From Eledone cirrhosa (lineage: Eukaryota): DNA of 64,000 nt. The notes below the pieces were generated by a model. The model saw only the letters and a program-made list of their open reading frames with translations, made no database searches and was not told the origin of the DNA. The position numbers and the translations under genes are program-made. Each line of letters begins with the position of its first letter. Position 1 is the stretch's first letter. The stretch lies in contig OZ024740.1 of NCBI GenBank assembly GCA_964016885.1, positions 76,074,001 through 76,138,000 on the forward strand, read 5' to 3'. Shown piece by piece: positions 11,675 to 23,984 of the stretch.

Positions 11675-14600
11675 AACTTAATCCAAACGGAAGGGAAAAC
11701 CTTCCCCACCAACAACCCACCCCAAACCTTAAACTAATCAGGGTAACAACCCTACAATATGAAATACTAAAAGGGAACTTCCCACATGATGTGCCCCCCC
11801 CCCCCTGCCAAAAACCCCTTAACCGTGTCCTGCTAAAAGGATTCTCTCCCTCCCCAAACACCCCCAATCTGGACCTGCAGATCGAACAACCCGACATCCA
11901 GGAAACTAAAAGGTAAGTGTTCCTGCCTTTTCTCTCCCTAACTCTTCTTCACTAACATGGCGACTATACAAGCTGGATGTTTGAATATACGTGGCCTGGG
12001 CATGCTCTGGAAACAGGGCCACTTTTTAAATGATCTCAGGTCACACTGTATAGATGTGATAGCCATCACCGAGTCCAGGATTCACGACAAGCAGCAGCTA
12101 ACCCCCATGTTCAATGATTTTAAGATCTATGCATCTCTCTGTCAGCCAGGAGGTGTGTGTGTGTGTGTGTGGGGGGGGGGGTGCTGTCCTGTTTCGAAAA
12201 TACCTGGAACTCAAAGTACAGACGATTCACTTGGACCCGGAGGGCAGCCTGGTGGTCCTGGACGTGAATGGTAGTGAAGGTGGAGCTTTCAGACTGGTGG
12301 CCGTATATGCCCCGGCTGGGACATCGCGACCAGAGTTCTTCAAGCGTCTGGAGCCATTCCTGGGAATGTCTCGCTTCTTAGTGTTAGCGGGTGACTGGAA
12401 TGGCATCTTAAATGCACGTTGGGACTATGTAGGAGCTTGTGATAATATAGGGGGGTGTAATAGCCTAAACAATCTCATCAGCCAATTTCAACTGGCTGAT
12501 AGATATCCACTAGACTTCCTAAGTGCACCACTGTGGAAGTGGAGCAACCACACTGGGTCTTCTAGATCGCATTTAGATAGATTTCTAATTAGATAGAATG
12601 ATAAGGAAACATTAAACTGTCCACAAATCTACATGGTTGCCTATTTAGACCACAAATTAGTCACCTGCATAGTCAACCTTGATAGAAAACATAGACAGGG
12701 ACCCGGATACTGGAAGCTAAACATGTCGCTCCCGGCGCGTAAGGCCTACAGTAAACGGATTAGCACCATAGTTAAGAGTTAGTTGACGGGGGCCATCGTC
12801 AACAACAGGTGGTGGAGCCCTCTCAAGAGAAGAGAGCAATTAGAATAGAATCGATAGCATTTAGCAAGGAAGTAGCGTTAGAAAAGTACAAAACTGAAAA
12901 GGAACTGGTAGCTAAAGTAGAAGAGGCACTTAGGAATGGTAGTACAGCTGACGTGCTAGCGGCGAGAACGGCACTAGACCAGTTCTTAAACGTGAAACAC
13001 GAACGTTGTATTGTCAGAAGTAGAACACGTGCTCTAAGAAACGAGGGAGCCAAAGCTGTTAGCTGGGTCAGAGTGGCAGAGGCGTAAAGTGGCAACAACT
13101 CCACAATTCGGTCTTTGCAAGACAAAGATGGACGCATTCTACTTGAATCCAAGCAGATGTGCACGGCCTTCCAGCAGCACTTTACACAACTGTTCGGGCA
13201 AAGCGGTACGTCGAGCGAGGTGATAGACTTCAGTTCCTACTTCGACGGCCTACCAGGACTCTCGAGCACGGATGCAGAGAGCTGCGAAAGGCCGATCACA
13301 GCGGGCGAAATAGAAGATGCCCTAGGCCGCTGTGGGAAACGCAAATCACCCGGTTTAGATGTTCTACCCTATGAGTTTTACATAGGCATGCCAGGCTTGT
13401 TCTCTGGCGTTCTCAAAGCGGTCTACCGACTTCAGAGGCTGGATCGCTGCCATGCACACCAGCATCTGCTCGGCAGTCAAGGTGAATCTCTACCTATCGG
13501 AGCCACTCCAAATCATGCGTTCCATCCGTCAGGGATACCCTCTCTCCTCCATTCTGTATGTACTGACTTTCGAGCCATTACTGCGGAAGGTGGAGCTGTT
13601 GCAGGGCATCCCGATCGAACCAGGACTGCGGAAAAAAGCGTCGGCTTATGCCGACGACTTAACCGTAATGGTGTCGAAAACCTCGGTAATCGGGGTAATC
13701 GGCAACCTATTACAGGAATACGAAACTTTGACAGGAGCAAGACTAAACCCAAACAAGTCTCTCGGTTTGAAACTCGGCACATGGAGAGGCAAGCCCATGC
13801 CTTCCAACAGAGTCGTTGGACGCTGGATGGAAGGACCAGGGAAATTGCTCGGGGATCTGGTTTGGTCCAGACCTCCAGGTGGACTAGAACTGGAACGGGG
13901 TCACGGCGAAGGTGTTTGCACTCACCCAGAAGTGGGCTTGAATGGTCGAGCGGAGGTGGCGAACATTTACATAGCATCCGCCATCTACTACCGCTTGACT
14001 GTTGTGCCTTGTCTCCGCGAACACCTTACCAAAATGGAACGCCTACTCTTCAAGTTCATCTGGAAGAAACAGGCTCCATTGGTGAGGAGATACATCTGCT
14101 GCCAACACCCTTCTAACGGAGGGCTGGGCATTCCGTAGCTGATGATGCGCAAGCACGCGCTGAGGCTACGCTATCTCCAGGTATTCCTGACCGGCGAACC
14201 GATGTGGCTGTCGTTTGTGAGATGAGCTCTTCTACAACTCGTCTCGCTAACAGAGCTGCAGTCCTGGGTCAAGCGAAGACCGAAAATGGGTGCCTGGCAA
14301 CGCGAGTGCCTTCAGGCGCTGACAGCCCTCTACCAAGCGGAAACGGCAATCAGCGGAGACTCCACTTCGACATTCTATAGGGGATTAGTGGAGGATATGT
14401 GCGACGACATTCTCAGGAAAACTCTAGGCATCGAGGAGGACGAACTGACCAGTCTGTTCGGGAGTACTTTCCGTCCAGGACCTATGGATAACTTCCAGAG
14501 GTCTCTGGCCTGGCAGTGCTACCGACGAGCTCTACCAGTTCGAGACAAAATCTACAGGCACGGACACCCCGGCAGAGATCCTGCCAAAAGGACCTGTCCA

Positions 14601-15255
14601 AGATGTGAGCAGGACATCGAAACTGCTCTGCACGGAATTGTTCAGTGCTCAGGGGGACCGACCTGTGGAATTATGTCGAACAGCTACTGTCACGTACAGG
14701 ACGCATCCAGTTGTCAGCCGAGTCCATCGTGAGGATGACCCCATCGCCTTCATTTAAGAATGAAGAAGAGGCGGTTTTCCTCTGTCTGGAGACTATGGCG
14801 AAAGAGGTAATATGGTAGACGAGGTTAAAAGGACTGAGGGCAAAGACCTTACTCTCCGGACAACAACTTATCCTCTTCTTTAAGTATCACTTCAGAAGGA
14901 GGTGAGAGTGGAGAGAGAGGTGCTACACCCCAGTAAATCCGCTGAAAGGTGGGTGAATGTGGCGAAAATGGCCCGAATGTATGGGCCTCCTCTGTATATA
15001 AACCTGTAGGTTGAGGAAGACAGAGGGAAGACAGGAACACTTACAAAACGTGTTCCTGGTGTTGAGGGTTGTTCTATCCACGCGGTGTAAAACAACCCCG
15101 CAGTAACGTTCCCTCCTATTGGGGATTTCGATTGTTTTATTTTATTTATATTTTATTGTTATCCATTATTATTGTTAATGATTTTATGTAAAACTCCCGC
15201 CGTCACATCTTGTAATGTCCCATTTTTGTACGCCCCTGTGGCATATAAAGAAATC
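11675..15255 (+). mobile_element. L1/Tx1-type LINE, family B, decayed (ORF1 tail, APE, internally deleted RT, 3' UTR)
   Basis: GCLNIRGL, IAITES, LVAVYAP, AGDWNG, YADDL, TCPRC; many stops; ends ATAAAGAAATC then CT/TA repeats. Confidence 0.9.
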
Positions 15256-15521
15256 TATCCCTCTCTCTCTCTATATATATACCTATATATATATGTATAT
15301 ATGTATATATATATTTTTTGTACTTGAACCTTAGGATTATTAGAGTTCCCTTTACCGTAGGACCTATATTTTATACTATCTGTTTGAACCCGACCCTGTA
15401 TGAACACTCCCCCATAATAGAATTAGTAAAGCTAACCTTGGGCTTATTGACATATCCTAAGGTAACCGCGATTCAATAGTCTTTAGTATGACACACTTAA
15501 CAATTCCGGAGGTCCAATAAT

Positions 15522-15680
15522 TGTTTCTACTTTAGGCACAAGGCCAGCAATTACCCAGTGCATTACTGGTACTTTATTTTATCGACGCTGTAAGGATGAA
15601 AGGCAAAGTCAACCTCGGCGGGATTTGAACTCAGATCGTAAAGGGACGTAACTATGCTGCAAAGCATGGCGTCCGACCCT
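15522..15680 (-). mobile_element. tRNA-derived SINE (octopus OK/OR-like), 5'-truncated, with 14-bp TSD
   Basis: B-box GAGTTCAAATCCC on minus; matches 56463-56646; TSD GGAGGTCCAATAAT at 15508-15521 and 15681-15694. Confidence 0.85.
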
Positions 15681-16159
15681 GGAGGTCCAATAATAATTAA
15701 TAATAATATAGTTTTTATTTGTACAAATCTTGTTGAATTAGTAGGATAACTCTGTTGGTGATTAAAATTTTGGTGGCAGTTCGAATTAAATAACCTTATA
15801 GATGACACGTTAGAGTAGTCCCCCTTTCTCTACCACTGAAACGTCATTACTTGGTGACTGAAGGGGATGACACCCCGTATGTACCGTCTATGTCATGGAT
15901 TGGTGACGAACGAAGTAGTGACTGTCTTTATTTTTTACGGAGCTGAGTTCCTGAATTTCTGCGGGGTATGTCAGCTGTCTTATATGATTATTGTATGCCT
16001 GTATGGGTATGACCCCACCTATTGGACATACTGGGGTACCTGGTGGATTTACTGATTTGAGCACTTTGTGTTATTTTCTGTTTTGTATAGATTGTTAATC
16101 CACGTGCTGTACGCGTTTGGTCAACGGTGAGCTACTGCAGCATTTAACCTGGCATTATA

Positions 16160-16231
16160 GGGTCGATAAAATAAAGTACCAGTAATGTACTGAGTAATTG
16201 CTGGCCTTGTGCCAAAAGTAGAAACAATTAT
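16160..16231 (+). mobile_element. 3' fragment of the same SINE
   Basis: GGGTCGATAAAATAAAGTACCAG...GTAGAAACAATTATT. Confidence 0.8.
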
Positions 16232-16947
16232 TTTGACGTGTTCGCGGCTGGATTAGGTCTGACGAATTTGGTTGTACAGAATCTGGAGCTGCAACTTGGA
16301 CACATTGTACATCACGGTCTGGGATTTTAAACATGTGGAGATTTTTTGTTGTGTAAAATCAGCCTGTAATACATGTTACTATATGTGCTGATATGTTTTG
16401 GTGAGCGTATGAATCCGACTGGATTGCACTTTACGGACGATCTACATATGTTATAAACTCTGAACCGAATTACTATCTACGGACAATCCACTTACTTTAT
16501 AACTCCTCGCCAATCTGGGCATATGAAACCCACTGGACTAATCTCCACGGTGGATAAGCATATGTAGTGACTCCTCGCCGGATGTGTGTTTTTTACAGCA
16601 ACTAAACCATTTTTGTTATGTATTTTTGCTTCAGCTTGATCATGCAATAACCCCGCTTTGTTTGTGTTTGGCTTGTATTGATGTGGTCCCTGTCTATATA
16701 CAGGTTTAGCACCCCTGGTCCACGTAATTCCGTAACCTAATAGTATACCCTGATTATGTATACTATGGGTGAAAAAATCTGCCTGTACCCTAGCATATAA
16801 CTGTAGTGTTGAATAACAACCCCATTATGCACTCTCTCCATACTCCCCATTTCCAATCTCCCTATTGTTACCCTCTATTGTATTTTTAATGTTCATGTGA
16901 CTAAGCTTGGTAGAGCTTATACTCAGCACTGTATTTTTGTTTATAAA

Positions 16948-16992
16948 GCTCTGATGATTCCTGCCCCATGGTATGGATGAAACATTGTCAGC
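16948..16992 (+). ncRNA. Type I minimal hammerhead ribozyme motif (GUC site)
   Basis: GCT-CTGATGA-TTCCTGCC ccat GGTATGGAT-GAAA-CATTG-TC-AGC; (TA)n follows about 40 bp downstream. Confidence 0.8.
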
Positions 16993-17031
16993 AAATAAAA
17001 ATTGTATGAGTATGTAGGCGTTCTTTGATTT

Positions 17032-17091
<60 letters not shown>

Positions 17092-17108
17092 CATACATAT
17101 ACATACAT

Positions 17109-17163
<55 letters not shown>

Positions 17164-17165
<2 letters not shown>

Positions 17166-17228
17166 TTTCTTTATTTTCCACAGGGGCGTACAAAAATGGG
17201 ACATTACAAGATGTGACGGCGGGAGTTT
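17164..17228 (-). mobile_element. 65-bp 3'-terminal fragment of Tx1 family B
   Basis: Reverse complement of 15192-15255; its 3' end runs into (CT)n (GA repeat at 17149-17164). Confidence 0.85.
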
Positions 17229-17229
17229 G

Positions 17230-19700
17230 ACAGGGCTAGAAATAGATGATAGGACAGAACCCTATGTACCCTGAAAATCGCGGATATCCATTAAGGATCA
17301 TAAATTAGACTTTAGGACTAATCTCCCCGTTAGGTTAATAGCACCCTCCAAATCGGACCTAGGTAGGGCAAGCAAGAATATCATAGCTAGGATACTACCG
17401 GTACTTAGGAATAAATCTACGCTTAGCTTATGGACCTCCACGAAGGAGGTAATTGACTGGTTCTCGCTATTAGATAGTAAGCAACATGTAAATTTCATTT
17501 AATTGGACATAGCGAATTACTACGCATCCGTATCAACAGTAATCGTGAACAAGGCCTTCATGAGCGCCATGGCTAAGTACAACCTCACTAGAGAGGAAGC
17601 AAGCATCATAATAGCAGCGATAAAGACGCTAATTAGCTTCGACAATAAATTATGGGAGAGGAGGTACAGACCCGATAGTTTCGATATCACTATCGGGTCG
17701 AATGACTCTGCGCAGGTGACGGATCTGGTGGGAATATATCTCCTCCAAAGGCTAGCGGAGGAGATCCCAGGATCGGCGGCGGAATATATAGAGACGACGC
17801 ACTATTTACCTTCAGCTCCCTAAACCCCAGCCAGCTGGAGCGTATGAGGAAGCGCATATCACATTTTTTAAGCAATACGGCTTATCCGTGCTGATAGATC
17901 CTAGCACTAAGACGGTGAATTTCCTTGATGTTACTCTGGAACTGAATACGGGTATACACCGACCATACCACAAGCCCAACGAGAACCTGCAATATGTGAA
18001 CAGGCACTCGAACCACCCCAATTCCGTCATAGACACCATAGTAAAAGGGGTATCCAAACGCAAATCCACCCTGTCGGCTAACGCAGACGTGTTTAACCAG
18101 CACGCCGACTATTATAATGAGGCACTGTGCAGGGCCGGTTACACAGAAGCCATAGTGTACGCCTTGGACAGAGAAGGGCCTAGCGGCGAGGCATCCGTAT
18201 ATGAGGATAGCAATAGTACTTCCATAGGTAGACAGTACAACCCGCAACTAGCATCTAGAAACAGGAGTAGCAGTATAGATTACCGCAAGGACGCAAGACT
18301 GACACTAGGAAAGACGAGGGCACACGCGGATGGCAGACCACGCAGTACACGCAGACGGAATCCAGGCACGGACACAATACGTGACGCGGATACTAGAACT
18401 AGAGACAGGGTAAAGACAGCTAAGGACGTGAAATAGGTAGAAGAAACACCCGGATCAGTAGCAATGAAATAGCCCCGACAACAGCACCAGATAATATTAA
18501 CGGGACTACCAGTAGAGCTGACAATATAGAACGGCGAAACCCCGACGCACACGGTAGATTATATAGATAGAGGCAACAGAGGGGACGAAATACCGGGCAG
18601 ACACAACCCGGGACGGACACCTGACCCAACACACATTACCACTACTACACACAGACGACGGAATAGGACAAGGTCTAAGACCATTACATGGTTTAACGCG
18701 CCGTATTCGAAACATGTATGCAGCAATGTGCCAGGCCTCTTCTTCCAAGCCTTAGACGAGTACTTCCCACCGTCAAGCAGGTACCACAGGATATTCAACC
18801 GCCACACTGTGAAGTTCTCCTTCTCCACCGCACCTAACATGGCAGACTACATGGCCAAAACCAACGCGGTGAATTAGGGGAAACTCGACCATCAACAGCG
18901 GCGAGCGACTGACAGTCACGCGCGGCACGGAGGGCCCCTTGCAGACAGGGTCTCCAACTACACTCTGATCCCCGCGGAGACCGCCATGCAGGCGGAAGAT
19001 AGTGTAATCGAATGCCGGGCGGAACTGAGCGGCGGAGGGGGGCCCACCGCACCGACAGAACAGCACCCAGAGAATCGGGGGAGTGCCGTGGTAAACCAAG
19101 GACCCAGTGTTGGGAATGAGCAACATAACGACCGAACTTGCAACTGCAGAGTGGGCACACAATACCCCCTGCAGGGTAGATGCCTAACGAAGGGCCTAGT
19201 ATATAAATGTGTGGTTAACACGCACAACACCAAGCGCACCTACATCAGCGCAACATCCACGATCTTTAAATCGAGGATGTATAATTAGACAAACTCTTTC
19301 AAGGACCGGAGCAAGAGACTCCACTAGGCTGGCGGACCTAATATGGGACTTGAAAGACAACGGCACCCCGTATGATCTCAACTGGTATCGGTCAACATCC
19401 AAATGCATATTCGGCTAGAAATAGGAAGTGTAGGCTATGCCTATCCGAGGCCATGGAGATAGTCAGATTGAAGGATGATGCGGTCAACCTGAAATCGGAG
19501 ATTATCAAGACATGCAGACACCAGAGAAGGTGCAGATTCTCCGCATAGACGCAACTGGACAGCCCAAGCTAAACGTATGCAGGGAAGCGGACGCCGGTCC
19601 GAACGGTGGCGCGAGTCCAAGGGATCAGACACCATACCTGGTTGACTATGTATGACCTGTGGGGTAAGTCGACGCAACCTATGCTGCCTATCGGACTCGG
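17230..19700 (+). mobile_element. Decayed Penelope-like element, Naiad-like (RT plus GIY-YIG)
   Basis: RLIAPSKSDLG, LDIANYY, YRDD-like motif in shifted frame, VNFLDVTL..YHKPN..YVN..SNHP, ITWFNAPYS, CNC..PLQGRC..LVY..YI; frameshifts and stops. Confidence 0.8.
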
Positions 19701-20371
19701 CACGTCATCCTAGGCAACAACATCGCATGAGCCGGGACACGGTGGCTCAACCTCCAAGGATAGTCGGTCCCGTACCATACATCAATAAGGCACTCTATAT
19801 CACCCACAGTGACATGCTCCTTTATGGCCTGTTCACGCACTCCCTGGATGTGTATTTTTTCAGTGGTATGTGCATATTCTCCACGCACTCCATTACGCAA
19901 CACCCCATGTATTTTTCCATGTACAGACCAATGTATATCTTTGTATACTTTTCTTATATAATTCAGATGTATGTATATTTTTTTAAATATATATTTATTT
20001 ATATATTTTTTAATGCATTTTTTATATATTTTTAAATATATTTTTTTAAATATATTCTGCAATACATTATTTTATATATCATGCATGCATCTACTATATA
20101 CAGTCTGGGCATACCCTTTACGTTAATACCATGAACTCCCCATATGTAGCCTTGCTTGAGGTGTCTATACGCGGATTTATCCACGTTGGCAGCATAATAT
20201 CAACTCCGTCTGCATGCACAACCCAATGTGAATCTTTATATGCTTTTCTTACATGTATTTTTTGTACATTTTTTTATGTGTGTGTAGATGTGTGTACATA
20301 AATGTATACATATGTGTAAGAATATATGTGCGAGTCTGTGTGTCTGTGTATGCTCACGTGCAGGGAAAAAA

Positions 20372-21037
20372 TGCACTTTCCGATTGCATTCGTTAGCTTG
20401 GCTGCAACCAGAGCTTCGATTATGCTGTACTTCCTTCTTGTATTATTATCTCCCAGACTTAATGATTAATTGATTAATTTAATTAGCCAATTCTATTGAT
20501 TGGTTAATTGTTTATGTTTGTTTAATAACATCTGGTTGAGAGCTTTTATTCGGGTTGTGTAAAGGATATAAATCCTTTGTTCAAATTTTGAATTTGACCG
20601 CCAAAACCGGGGGTTACCTCCCTTCGGATAAACCACGTGACTACTGGAGGTGTTTACTGCTAGTTCTTACAACCGGCGGTGGCAGAACGAAAACTTGTTG
20701 ACGAAGTAAATTCCACTGTTCGATCTTCCAAAACCAATAACTTGCAGGCCCCTGCAAATGGATTTTGTTGATTTCGGATTTACAGAAACCTAGCAGAGAT
20801 ATTATATAATATCAACACGATGGTCAGGTCTGTCATAATTTTTCCTGAGTCGCTTTTTTTTGTTGTTCTGGTCCTAGCGGCTCTCTTATCGGTCGATGTC
20901 TTCAATTTGCATAGCTGTCTAAACGTAATGTTATAACTTTAAGGCAAAATTCCTTATTGAATGCTTTAGCTGCACATCCCGACTGCATTCGTTAGCTTGG
21001 CTGCAACCAGAGGTTCGATTATGCTGTACTTCCTTCT

Positions 21038-21042
<5 letters not shown>
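20372..21042 (+). mobile_element. Terminally redundant module (about 70-bp direct repeat, 599-bp period) ending in (TA)n
   Basis: 20372-20443 repeated at 20971-21042; a related copy of the 3' part lies at about 38505-38645. Confidence 0.55.
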
Positions 21043-21124
<82 letters not shown>

Positions 21125-21560
21125 ATATGTATGTGTGTGTATATATATGTGTGTATGTATGTGTGCGTGTGTGTATATGTATGTGTATATGCGTGTGTGT
21201 GTGTATGTATATGTATACGTGTGTGTAGACGTATGTGTGTATACGTGTGTGTGGGCGTGTGGGTGGGTGTGTGTGTATATATATATGTATGTGTATGTGT
21301 GTATGTATGCATATGTATGTGCGTATATATATCTGTGAGTGTATGTATATGTACAGATGCGTACGTGTGTGTGTGTGCATGTATATATACGGGTGCGTGT
21401 ATGTGTCTGTGTCTGTGTCTGTGTATATGCGTGCGTGTGCCTCACTGTGGGCATGTATGCGTATAGTTGTGTGGCTCTTTATGTGTGTGAACGTAAGCAC
21501 ACAAGCTACTCTGTATGTATCTGTCAGTATTTGTGTGTGTAAGTGTGTGTATGTGTGTGA
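21040..21560. repeat. Compound (TA)n/(TG)n microsatellite
   Basis: Direct reading. Confidence 0.95.
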
Positions 21561-21926
21561 GCTGACAAACAGCAGTAATTAGGCCGACGGGGCAGTGGGT
21601 GAGTGACAGCTCACGCCCTGACGGTCAGCGGGCTGCTACAAGTGGTCAGAATAATGATGACGTCACTAACCAGTGACCAACCTAAGGACGCGCAAAGCGG
21701 ATGAAAGGGGACGATATAGGCTTGTAGGGCAGAAAACCCCAGGAAGAGGATATGATCTGAAATCAATAGACGTGTCCGAGGAACCTGCGAGACTAGAGTC
21801 AGGTAGATTCACACATGCATCGCACCTCGAGCTGTTCGCAGGGGAAACAATTGTAACACGCAATAAATTGAGTTCCGATGCATCACTGATTTTTCGTTTT
21901 CCCTTCTATATATATATATATATATA

Positions 21927-22624
21927 TTTAATACAATAACAGAGATAGTTTAAAGCTAAACTCTGACTGGTAACCATCTCACTCAACAAACATTAGGTTA
22001 TATTAAAATATAAACCCAATTTAAGTGTTTGGGGTGCTAACATTATCAATCCAACGTGTTTAAGAACTCAATTGAAAATAAAAAAATAAATATATGCTTG
22101 TATAAATTACACACGCATATAGATATTTTCTTAGGCTAAATCAGAAGTTGTACCCGAATAAGAACCGCTTCTCATAACCGCAGTAAATGCAGAAAGTTAT
22201 ACTATAAAGGGCAAATGGGAATATAATTCTCCGGCCGAATTATTAAGAGTAAAATATAAAACACACGCGGGTTAATTAGTTATTTCAAAACCAATATTAA
22301 TTCCCCGTGTAAAGAACTCAATTAATACAAGAAAATAAATACATATATGCATGTAATTATATACGTAGGTAAATATATATTTACTTAGGCTAAAAAACAG
22401 AGAAGTTACAACTAAAAAAAGCCACAATATTTCACAACAGTAATAAATACGGAAAGTCAAATTCATAAGGTACCTGGAAATAAACACCTCTGGCCAATCA
22501 AGAGTAAATATTTAATACAATAAGAGATAGTTTAAAGCTAAACTCTGACTGGTAACCATCTCACTCAACAAACATTAGGTTATATTAAAATATAAACCCA
22601 ATTTAAGTGTTTGGGGTGCTAACA
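21927..22624 (-). mobile_element. Terminally redundant module (about 115-bp direct repeat, about 583-bp period) abutting (TA)n on the left
   Basis: 21927-22042 repeated at 22511-22624; strand inferred from the (TA)n side. Confidence 0.5.
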
Positions 22625-23116
22625 ATATGTATAATGTGGAAAAACCAGTTGTATTATTTTATGAGATATAATTAAAGTTAAAGTATATCTCTTTTTCCAA
22701 ACAATTGTTTCATTATAAGTTTTCTACAAGTTTGGGAGAATGTTTCCAGTTTATGTAGAAGCCTAATATATATTCATGTAAGAATATATTTAGGTGGATA
22801 TAAATCATCAGTGGAAGCCCATTAAACATTGATATAAGAAAATAATTTCTTACCGCTGTCAAAAATCATGTCCGTAAAATAGCTCTCTCTCGCCTCGAAT
22901 GACCGCCAAATTTGAAATTCCAGCAGTTTTTGACTGAGGAAGTATCATAGCGACACGAAGCGGGAAGGGGAGACAACTCACGAAATGAGGAAAAAAAAAA
23001 AAAAAAAAATAATAATAATAATATATATATATATATATATAATTGGTGTTGGATGCTTAAACCGTCCGTTTGCGGTAGGCCGTATGAGCACTCGATGCTC
23101 TCATGAGCAGAGTATG

Positions 23117-23504
<388 letters not shown>

Positions 23505-23713
23505 TCGTTTCTGAATTTGTTTAGCAAGATTCTTTATCTGAAAACGTGTGTTGAAACCGATATTGTTATACTTTGGGAGGGCCATGTTGCCAATAAGAAA
23601 CACACGCACCAGTTGCTTTCACTTCAATTTATTATAATCAATTTATAAATTTAGGAATTTATAAATTTCCGGTTGGTTGGTTGGTTCCACAACCAGATGG
23701 TTGTTTATATATT

Positions 23714-23756
23714 GTCAAAGTTCTTTCGTCACACATTCTGTGACCCCTTCAGTAAC
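23714..23756 (-). ncRNA. Hammerhead motif in PLE 3' pLTR, core mutated (CTGAAGG)
   Basis: Copy of 29048-29090 with A9>G and a helix I mismatch. Confidence 0.65.
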
Positions 23757-23984
23757 TGGGGATTCTTTTCTTTGTTTTTGTGCCTCTCCTTTGTTCTGTC
23801 CTACGCCATCTTGTTTCTGTGTGTGTGTTGTGTGCTCAGTCTGCGCATGCGCCACATCCGGGTGTCTGTGTGTGTTTATATTCGTTTATTTATTTGTTTA
23901 TTTACATGTTACAGGTTGGTTGTTTGTTCTATGTGCGTGTGTGTTTTCATTTTGTCCTTAATTGTAAGTTGTGATGTTGCTGTT

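Noticed and set aside
20931-21582. Many YI/CV/HT-rich ORFs here and at other microsatellites
   Set aside because: Translations of (TA)n/(TG)n repeats
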